Below, piece by piece: positions 54,562-64,000 of a stretch of 64,000 bases of DNA. The position numbers were made by a program, and so were the translations under genes. Each line of letters begins with the position of its first letter. Position 1 is the stretch's first letter. The DNA comes from Eledone cirrhosa. Its lineage: Eukaryota. Under the pieces are notes generated by a model, which saw only the letters and a list, made by a program, of their open reading frames with translations, was not told where the DNA came from and made no database searches. The stretch lies in NCBI GenBank assembly GCA_964016885.1, contig OZ024740.1, forward strand, positions 354,826,001 to 354,890,000. Direction: 5' to 3'.

Positions 54562-54774
54562 TTATATATATATATGTATGTATGTATGTAGATAAATCTA
54601 CCAAAATATACGGTAGTATCCAGTCCGTATGAAGAACTCAATGTAATCCAAATATCATGAAAAGAGAAGATGCATTCAAAAATTGTCGATGAAAATCATA
54701 GGAAAACAGAGTCAAGATAAATTAATAAAAACAATGAAATAAAAACAAACAACAAGTTCCTTATATTAAAAAAT

Positions 54775-54910
54775 TCATCATTTTACGATTGTTTCTAGGA
54801 TGTATATGTGTATTGGTATGTATATCATATAGATCTATGTAAAAATATTACAAATTATCAGAGGAAATATACATACCTTCACATATTCATGCTGTCTTCA
54901 GAAATGATGA
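54775..54910 (-). ncRNA. type I hammerhead ribozyme with a ~100-nt stem II
   Basis: Perfect 9-bp stem I UCAUCAUUU/AAAUGAUGA; CUGAAGA (54901-54895); long imperfect stem II including GGUAUGUAUAU/AUAUACAUACC; GAAA-C(AAUC)G-UA. Confidence 0.75.
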
Positions 54911-55126
54911 GATTTGTTTATTGAAAAAAACCAACAAAGATTTAATATAAAAGGCCTGTTTGGGAACAGGTTTTGAATTGACCAATAGAAAAGTAGTTAG
55001 AGGTCAAGTTGATAGATTAGGGGTAGAAGAGTGCAGACTTATGTTTTGAATGAAAAGAATACTTTGGGGATGAAAAGAGGTCAAGCCAGTGAAGGGTACA
55101 CGAAAATTTGATGTTATTAAAGAAAG

Positions 55127-55400
55127 GGGTGGATTGGGAGTATCGGTAGAGGGTCGGACGCCATGCTTTCCAGCATAGTTACGTCCCTTTATGATCTGAG
55201 TTCAAATCCCGCCGAGGTTGACTTTGCCTTTCATCCTTACGGGGTCGATAAAATAAAGTACCAGTAATGCACTGGGTGATTGCTGGCCTTGTGCCTAAAG
55301 TAGAAACAGTTATTAAAGAAAGGGTCGATAAAATAAAGTACCAGTAATGCACTGGGTAATTGCTGGCCTTGTGCCTAAAGTAGAAACAGTTATTAAAGAA
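55127..55400 (+). mobile_element. tRNA-derived SINE with a duplicated 3' tail
   Basis: Full SINE to ~55308, tail repeated at 55322-55388; GTTATTAAAGAA occurs three times (before, between and after). Confidence 0.85.
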
Positions 55401-56434
55401 TAATGTTAAAAACGAAGGAAAATAAAATTTTAGGGTAATTTTAGTGAGAAATACCAATCTTATTTAAACCACAAGAAATCTAGATCTATAACAAGAGATT
55501 AAATTAATTGATAGGTTATAAGGATAAATTTATATTAATTCATATGAATGTGATAAATAAGAATTAGATGTTATTAGAAAGTGTTGTTAAAAAACGAAGG
55601 AAAGTAAAATTTTGGGATAAGGGTAGTAGTGAGAAATACCAATCTTATATAATCTAGATTCATAACAGGAAATTAAATTAATTAATTTTTAGGTATACTT
55701 TTAGGTATTAATTTTAGGAAAAGAGAGCTGTAAGAGGGAAATAAAATTATGAAGTTCTCTGTTAACTAAATAAAAAAAACTAAATATAATAATGTGAAAA
55801 ATATAAGTGTAAGGTGTATATTAATTAGGTTTATAATATTTGAAGGTTCTTCTAATTTATATATATATATAAAATAAAAAAAAACGGATTATAAAAACTC
55901 ACATTAATCCACTATAAATGAGCTCAAGGGAGAGACCCGGGCTCTTTATAAGACAGTAAATGGAGAAAAGTACACAGAGATGTGTGTTCAATTATAGGGG
56001 ACATAATACCACCAGAGTGAAAATCATATAATCTATGAACAGAATGGAAAGGATAAATCAAAGTATAAATTAAAGTGTACACATATATATATAAGGAAAA
56101 AATATGAAATCGAAAATGCAACTGGAGTCTTTTTAAGAATATTTATTTGGATCCTTTATCGGTTTTGCGGTTCTTATGCTTTTCAAAAGTAGAATTGAGA
56201 TGGAGGGTTTGTGGTTTTTCTCGCATCGAGAATTTCATCTTTTTTCCTTATACTGTAGGACATCTTGTTTTTTTTTCATTTTGAAAAAACCCCTCATTTT
56301 CTAATATATATATATAAAGTATATACATGCATACACACACACACACACACACGTGTGTGTTTATTTTTCTCATTTTCTCTGTTCCTTTCTCTCATCACTC
56401 TTTACTTACTATTTATGGTTTATTTCTAACTCTA

Positions 56435-56466
56435 TCTTTTGATGAAGGACGTCTGAAACGTTAAGA
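56435..56466 (+). ncRNA. minimal hammerhead relic (C3 to U)
   Basis: UCUU-UUGAUGA-AGG(ACG)UCU-GAAA-CG-UU-AAGA; palindromic ACGU stem III. Confidence 0.5.
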
Positions 56467-56890
56467 CTCTCTTCCTGCTATTTCAAGCAGTAAAGTAATA
56501 TATTTCTTTCATGTACTGTGCCGTTTGTTTTGTTATTTTTATTATTTCTTTCTACCTTTTACAAATACACACATCATCATCATCATCTTCGTTTAACGTC
56601 CACTTTCCACTTCAAGATATATGTACATACAGTTATTAGTTTTCAGTTTCTCTAACACTAAATCCAGTGTCAATAATTTAGTCGTAATAAATGTAGGTTT
56701 GGTTTCATCATCATTACATTGCTTACTGAAATACTCAAGATAATCATTTGTGATTTGTGCTGAAACAACCCCTTGGGGCAATAATATCGGGGTGGAAAAG
56801 CATTAGAATAATAATGTAGGTAGCTGACTACTTGCTCTGTTAGATCAGGTGATTTCATTTGAAATGTTATCTGTTCTTATCTTATATTGG

Positions 56891-56935
<45 letters not shown>

Positions 56936-57045
56936 AAAGTTCTATTTAAATTGTTGGAAGCTCCCGGGAGCTTCCAGCAGTAATGGTTGCATTCTTTAAG
57001 GGTATGTCAATATTTATTTATAAAACTGCTCTATATTATATATTA

Positions 57046-57110
57046 TATTTTATCTGATGAAAGCACACCATAATTTAACTTGGTGTCCTTGAAATATGTA
57101 TAATGAAATA
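57046..57110 (+). ncRNA. type I hammerhead ribozyme, intact core
   Basis: Stem I UAUUUUAU/AUGAAAUA (8 bp, one GU), CUGAUGA 57054-60, stem II AAG-C-ACACCA(10 nt)UGGUGU-C-CUU, GAAA 57091-94, quasi-palindromic AUAUGUAU, predicted cut after 57102. Confidence 0.8.
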
Positions 57111-58172
57111 AATATGGTTTTATAAATATAGTTTCCATTTGTTAATATCGTATATATATATATGAGAGAGAATATCTGTGTGTGTGCGTATTTGTTCATA
57201 GTTTGTGTTGAAAAAAAAAATTTGTTGTAGCTTGTTAAACAATTTGCTCCTACTTGTTTTTATAAGATCACTTAATGTATTTTAAATATTACTATTTTTA
57301 TATTTGTGTAATGTCTTATTACATTTTCAACTTGTTTTTCTTTTGTTTTTGTTTGGATGTAATTATCTTCATTGAATATTGTTTTTCTTCTTCTTTGTAA
57401 TCCAGTGATATTAAACTTCAGATTGGCAAAGTTTATATTCAATTTGAGTTTAGAATTTTAGATTTTATTCTGTGATTGAGTTTAATAATTCCTGTTTTCT
57501 GTTTAGTTTTATTTTATATATATAATCCTATCTCTAAGGAGTGATGTTTACCTTGTATTTTGTTTAATATTTCTTCTCTGAAACCAAAATCACTGATGTG
57601 CAGAAAGTATTAAGAGACAGAAATAGAAACCACATTTACCTTACATTTTAAATGAAAATATCACACAGTTCTTCGTAAACACAAGTTGCTGGAGAAAATT
57701 TTGAAATATATTTAACCCACAGTTTGAAACTTATCTCCTGTAGCTTTGTGTATATAGATGTGTATGAAAAACATTGATCATAGTAAGGTTGTTGAACTTA
57801 AAATTGTTGGAATTGTTGTTTAATATTAAAGTTATTTTAGTGCAATTAAATCATGGAAGAGTCAATTTAGCTATTCAGGAAAAACAACAACAAAAAACAA
57901 AATACTCATACACACATAAACTATTAAATTCACTGTACATCTATCATTTATTTCTTAATGTCAAAGCTTCCATCACACTGTTTGTAAACTGGTCATTGAC
58001 ACAGTTCCTCTGCAACTGATTGAATTAGGTAACCAAACTGCAAAGGGTGCAACAAAAGATTTGACACCAAGCAATAAATCATAAATTGTAAAATGAATCA
58101 AATTTTTTTTGTGTTATTTGAATGGCTAAAATGACTCCACCATGACATATTTACTTTAGTCTCAACACATGG

Positions 58173-59188
58173 TCATCATCATCACCGTTTTACGTCCGTC
58201 CTTCCACGCTAGCATGGGTTAGACGGGTTGTCCTGTTGTGGGCAGTGTCGGCTGACCATGCCTTGCTCATACAGGAACTGATTTGGCTTGATTTCTACAG
58301 CTGGATGCCCTTCATAACACCAACCTCATTTACAGTGAGTGCTGGGTGCTTTTTCGTGGCGCCTACACGTCCACTTTACAGTGTGGGCTGGGTGCTTTTT
58401 TGCCGTGGCACCTCCATGACCACCTTGCAGTGGGAGGGTGTGGGGGCATATTGTCTATATGCTTCAGCTTGTATCCATGGGAGGTCAGGTACTCTGTATT
58501 ACTGCATGACGCCAGAGGTCACGGTCGTGTGTCATCGCCTTTGAGAGGTGTAATTGGATAAGGTCGGCTTTTATCACCTCATACCAGGTCATCTTGGGTC
58601 TCCCCACTCCGCGGTTTCCATCGACTTCTAGTGCTCTGCACCTTTTTATGCAGCTGTCATCCTTCATACACATCACATGTCCATACCAACACAACCGCCT
58701 CTCCTGCACACATCATTTGATTCCTCTTATGCCCAGGCTCTCTCTCAATTCATTTATGCTTTGTCGTTCGCGTATATTACTATTACACATCCATCGGAGC
58801 ATGCAGGCTTCGTTTCTCGCTAATCTAAGTAAGTCTTCCACCTTCAGCGCCCAGGTCTCACTACCATGTAACATTGCTGTTCGGATACACGCATCATACA
58901 GTCTGCCTTTCATTTTGAAGGAGAAGCCTTTTGCAGCTAGCAGTGGCAGTAGTTCCCTGAACTTCTTCCATCCCGTTCTTACCTTAGTTATTGTACTTTC
59001 TGAACACCCACCTCCGCTGCTAATTCGGTCACCTAGGTAGCAGAAGCTGTCTACTGTCTCTACAGAGCCCTTCCAGAGATTGGTGGTACTTGTTTCCTGT
59101 GGCTGTTTGCTGCTTGCTGTCCCAGTACAGCTGCATGTGAAGCCTACATTCTTAATTAAGCTTCCTGAGATCCCGCTACATCTCTTCA
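58173..59188 (-). mobile_element. RTE LINE 3' fragment, sister subfamily
   Basis: ORFs 58713..59189 and 58485..58709 are homologous to ORF 41417..42199; related 3' UTR and GAT tail. Confidence 0.92.
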
Positions 59189-61545
59189 TCTGAATCTCAG
59201 ATCAATTCACTTGTCAGACAAGTACATATGCTGAAAATATACATTGCCATCATTATGCAGTTTGGGTTTGACTCTATGTCACCTGTGCAGAAACCCATTG
59301 AATGAATGTTTTTAGGTGGTAGATTTAATTCATTGATCAGTTTAATACCAATATATAGCAGTTGCTGCCAGCAATCAGGTCTCTGATCTGAGGATAACTC
59401 TATATCTTGATGAGCTGCTTCTTATTGTTTCCAGACACAAGTCATGGTTTCTTCCTTCCTTTCTCCCACTAGTCTCAGGGATTCATTCAAGATCATGGGC
59501 ACTGCTGTTCTACTTTTGACTAAGTCATGGAAAATTAATACTGTATAGACAACTTTGCTATGTGGTTGCTTTGAAGAGCTGCCTAAATTATGATTTTAGA
59601 TCTGTTTTTCAGTACAATAATCCAGGGGCCAGCAAACTACATACAGCCCACAACTTCATTTTATCAAGATTGTCGACTTCATTGAATTTGTGACATTGCA
59701 TGCAAACATTCTTTGTTTTTCGTAACAATATTTGGTTAGCAAACTATAAAATTCAGTATTATAGAAAAATCTCATTTTCGCAGAAGACTCAAATGAATCA
59801 ATGTTTTACATTTACATATTAAATATTCCCCACCTTCTCCAAAAGTCTAAGATCCCTTCACTAGGTGAAAAAATGAATGTTTGCTCAGGTGTTTTCTTGG
59901 CAGTTCACTAGGTCTTGCCTGCCTGGCTAAAATGCTTATCAAATTATATATAAACTAGGAAAAAATGCTAAAAACTTTAGTGGTGTGGTATTTTCCTGGT
60001 AAACCTTTGTTGGTAGTTGTCCTGCTCCTCACTAATATATTTTTACATGCCTGACACCACAAATTTATCCAAACTGACATCAAACTGAAACTGTTTTCCT
60101 TGTGACATTATTATACACACAGACTAAAACATTTGTGTTGGATGAATTTAAATAACACTAATTGTGACTGCTATTTTTTTCTTCCCATCATGCTGTTCTC
60201 TTGATGTTGTTATGACTCTTATATTGTATTATTTTCCCTGCCCTAATTTGTTTATATGTATTATTTTGTGTCATATTTCTGAATCTTGTGTAGTTTAGCA
60301 AAATAAATATTTTTATTAACATAATTAAAGGATTTTGTGGTATCAGGAAACGCCAGCTCTTATGGTTATTCTTTATACTACTGTTGAAAAACATTTATTT
60401 TATTGTATGTTAAGCACATATAATGTAACACATTGAAGTAATTAAAAAACAAGTTGTTTTCATACCTTTATACAATCATGGTTTATTTTTTATTTGCCTT
60501 GACCTTCAAGACAAAAACATTTCTAATCTGCTCACCTCCAGAAAAGTTTTCTGCTCCCCACTGTTGATATTCCTTAGCTAAGATCAATAACAGTTTACCA
60601 ATTCGGTTAAAAACAAATGTATTATTGCTAGATGTGTCATTAGATGTAGTAAGTTTTCAGTTTTTATTAGTAAATACAAGCTTTCTGAAGAGATTTGGCA
60701 GAACTAATTTATGATTCAGTGGCCCTATTCTTTTTCCAAGTAAGACAAATTGTATATTAATCTGCTCTAGAGATGATTGCAGACTTTGATTTGTGTCACA
60801 TACTTTTGGTTACCTCTTTTGATACCAATGTGCCTGAAATTGTCCTGGATTTATTACACAAAAGTGCCCATTTAAAAATGTTTATACTTAAATTAAAACT
60901 TCCCATCCTAATTTTATTTAAGAAATTTTTGTTTTAATAATGGTAAAGTTAGTTATTTTATTAAAGCCATCGATTTTTAAAATTATTATTTTCAAAGTTA
61001 ATTGAAATACGTAAACAATATTTCATTAGAAATATGGTAACATAAGAATTAATGTTTCAGCTACACACCACTATGACTTCATTTTGAGATGTGAATTCAA
61101 GTCATCAAATCAAGGAATATGAATTGTCTTTATTGTTGGATGAATTAGAGAGCAAAACTTTCCTAAGCCTATTTACCCAGAGAATGTGATCATCTCTTTT
61201 ACTCTTTTACCTGTTTCAGCCATCCGGCTGAGGCCATGCTGGGGCACCGCCCTTGGGATAAAAATTTTATAACAAGTTATGAAAATAAATTACTTGTTTT
61301 CTTGGTATTAAAGAAATATTACATGAAAGATTAAAAAATCAAAACAAGTGAATATATAGCTCTATATTCTATGTATTTAATTTGTCTCTTGCTCTTCCTC
61401 CTTTTCCTCTCTCTTTGAATAGATGTACACACAGAAGCGTCCATTTACTCAACAGTTCAATGAGCATTTATGTTTTTGCATGAAAAACCAACAACTATAA
61501 AATACAACACATAATAGAATGTATATATATATATCTGAGTGTATG

Positions 61546-61598
<53 letters not shown>

Positions 61599-61697
61599 AA
61601 TGAAGTAATTCCGTCGGAAAAGTCCAGGAAAAAAGAGTGCTCTATGTAAGCAACAGAGCTTAATTATTATTATGTAATAAACAACATAAGGCAATTA

Positions 61698-61757
61698 TTC
61701 CATTTACCAGTGGTTTCTTAAAAGCAAAAGGTTTTGCTTTCAATCCTCAGAACGAAA
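61698..61757 (-). ncRNA. type I hammerhead ribozyme (mirror copy)
   Basis: Exact reverse complement of 61969-62028. Confidence 0.8.
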
Positions 61758-61968
61758 AAATCCTGGTTTGTTTATTGAATTTGGATCTTAAAAACAAAAA
61801 AAGCAAGCTATATGAAAGTGAGGCTGGAGAAGGAAGAAGGAAAGGAAAAAATAAAAACAAAATAAGACTACTTATTTTTTCCTTTCCTTCTTCCTTCTTC
61901 AGCCTCACTTTCATATAGCTTGCTTTTTTTGTTTTTAAGATCCAAATTCAATAAACAAACCAGGATTT

Positions 61969-62028
61969 TTTCGTTCTGAGGATTGAAAGCAAAACCTTTT
62001 GCTTTTAAGAAACCACTGGTAAATGGAA
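61969..62028 (+). ncRNA. type I hammerhead ribozyme, intact core
   Basis: Stem I UUUCGUU/AAUGGAA, CUGAGGA 61976-82, stem II UUGAAAGCAAA(ACCU)UUUGCUUUUAA, GAAA-CC(ACU)GG-UA, predicted cut after 62021. Confidence 0.85.
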
Positions 62029-62054
62029 TAATTGCCTTATGTTGTTTATTACAT

Positions 62055-62096
<42 letters not shown>

Positions 62097-62847
62097 TGAG
62101 GGAGCTATTTATTATAACCATGGATAATGTTATCAAATTTAGCAGTTCTCAAACTCTATCTAAAACGATCCGAATATTTGTCAACTTAGAATCAAATGGT
62201 ATGATATTGTTATATTCTCTGCTTAATGCTCTCAACTGGTTATTGTTACCAAAAAAGCTCCATCCCAAAGTAATTACATTAAGCAGCTTCCACTGCACAT
62301 TCAACAACTAGATTGAGCATTTTCAGAGAATAATTAATCACCAGTACCCCCCCCCCCCCCATGCATCCCTCCCATACTCCCCCCACTCCTCACTCACCCC
62401 CCTCCACACTTTCATTCATTCATTGTTTGTATGCATATGTTGTTTAGTTAGGGTACTTCCTCAACTTCTGTCATTATCTATTCAGTTAACAAGTTATAAG
62501 TAGTTCAGGTGTTTTAGTAATATCAATCAGTTCTTTGTTATTCCTTAAAACATTCTTATATTACTTCATATGGTGTGTTTGTTTTAGCTGGTGCATTCTT
62601 ACTGACTTATTTTTATCAAGCTAACTTGTTGAATACAGGAGAATCTCCATTCAATCTAGGTCAATTAGTAGTAGTGAAAGGGTTTAATTCTTTTGATACC
62701 AAACCACCTGAAAATGTCTCTAGTTTCTATGATATGGAACTGTTTATTTTAAAGTGTTTATGTTTATCTAAAAACTTTTCATCAACATTTTATGTAATAA
62801 TCATTATAAAGTTCTGTTCCAAACATTAACTTAATAATGAGAGCACT

Positions 62848-63085
62848 GTCATGGCATGGTAGAACCCATCTGCTCTCCATGTCTGAACACAGCAAATTTC
62901 TTCCAGAGAGGAAGTGAGAGAGAGATATAGAGGAAGAATTGACCCCAGTACTGGACTTGTGCTTTTTTTTTTTATTGACCTCGAAAGGATGAAAGTTGAC
63001 CTCAGTGGGATTTGGAGTGCAGAGAGCTGGAATGAACACTGCAAAGCATTCTGTTCAATGTTATAACAATTCTGTCAATTCTACG
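62848..63085 (-). mobile_element. SINE, long-tail subfamily, nested in a family B MITE
   Basis: Reverse complement of the 23685 family. Confidence 0.7.
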
Positions 63086-63229
63086 CTTTGCTATTATATT
63101 ATTAAATCTCTTCAAATTTTTGATTTTCAAAACCATAAGCAGTGTTTTTCATTAGAAATATGTTAAAACAACTAGTTAAGATATAGCTTACTTGGTAAAT
63201 GTGAAACGATTACCACACAATACTTCTCC

Positions 63230-63385
63230 TGTGTATAATCAAACTCCCCTTTTATTTCACCAACTGTCAAAACATCCGGTAACTCACTTACTTTATAAAC
63301 TGTGCAGCTACAATAATGTCCAGTTATTACTTCCTTTAAAACATTGTAATGTACGGTCCAACTGACATGTTATACAATATCAACA
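63230..63385 (-). mobile_element. putative 3' LTR of the Copia element
   Basis: Minus strand: polypurine tract AAAGGAAAGGGAGA-T, then TGTTG...AATAAA...TACACA. Confidence 0.5.
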
Positions 63386-63489
63386 ATCTCCCTTTCCTTT
63401 GAAAGTTTCAGAATTATTAAAACCTATGTATGTCAACATAAACTATTAAAGTCCAAACGAAAACCCTAGAAAAAAAAACAAAACTTTAA

Positions 63490-64000
63490 AACGGTTCTTT
63501 AATCTGTAAAAGATCCCTTGTTCAAGGACTTTCAATAGTCTCATTGATGAAGCCCCAGTTTTTGTCAAACAGTCTAACTGTCCATTTTCTACCATTTCTT
63601 TGATTCTACTGATCTCCAGTTGCAATCTCTTTATTAAAGTGTACTGCTTCAATCCTCTTTACTTCAAAACCCCTGGTAACAAGTCTTGCTTTAGTTATCA
63701 GTTTTTCTGATGTCTCTTTCAAAGTGTACACCCATCTTGTTGACACACATTCTTGTCCTTCAGCTTTCACTTCTCTGTACACATTATTCCTCTTCCAGTT
63801 TTCAAGTTCTATTTTCTTTGTTTCTGTCCAAGATATCCTTGAAAACAAGAACGTCCTCTGCTAGTTCAGTTAAAAATTCCAAATCTTCTACCACTGGTAG
63901 GTCAACTGATTGACATATTCCTTCAAATTCAGGTTGTAAATGTTCTAAATTTAACCAGTTTTTATTTCTCCCTGTTACTTTTCCTGGCATGCTTAGTATT
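63490..64000 (-). pseudogene. Ty1/Copia pol relic with an internal deletion; runs off the window
   Basis: ELENWKRNNVYREV...VSTRWVYTLK...KARLVTRGFE (RT start) followed directly by KRLQLEISRIKEMV...DCLTKTGASS (RNase H end). Confidence 0.85.

Larger units (their letters stand above)
61665..62061. repeat. near-perfect palindrome (190-bp arms, 17-nt spacer) between (TA)n tracts
   Basis: 61665-61854 versus 61872-62061; only one mismatch noticed. Confidence 0.95.

Noticed and set aside
56153-56190. Degenerate hammerhead-like motif on the minus strand (UUUGAAAAGC...GCAAAACCGAUAAAGG) in a TA-bounded block
   Set aside because: At least three core positions deviate; suggestive only
1-64000. Most short ORFs in the track (YIYI, HTHT, MMMM, RERE, and SINE-derived NFAFHP peptides)
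   Set aside because: Translations of microsatellites, SINEs or antisense LINE strands; no coding signature

Overview
This is AT-rich, repeat-dense, non-coding animal DNA. The SINE, RTE-LINE and microsatellite landscape suggests an octopus or other cephalopod genome (inference). No intact host protein-coding gene can be read, and almost all ORFs in the track are microsatellite or transposon artefacts. Recognisable content includes a young 5'-truncated RTE-clade LINE (40.8-42.6 kb) with several 3' fragments, CRE-like and Copia retroelement relics, a hAT transposase relic, many tRNA-derived SINEs, TTAA-, TA- and 8-bp-TSD MITEs, and a CpG-rich candidate promoter at about 16.1 kb with NRF1- and YY1-like motifs. 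The most notable signal is a set of short non-coding elements set in (TA)n tracts. They carry type I hammerhead ribozyme folds (CUGANGA...GAAA...UH with three stems), often inside long near-perfect inverted repeats. Examples are a 397-bp palindrome with a complete hammerhead on each strand, a hammerhead with a ~100-nt stem II, and two homologous copies with compensatory stem changes. They resemble Penelope-like pLTR or retrozyme-type elements. All folds were read by eye and are untested.
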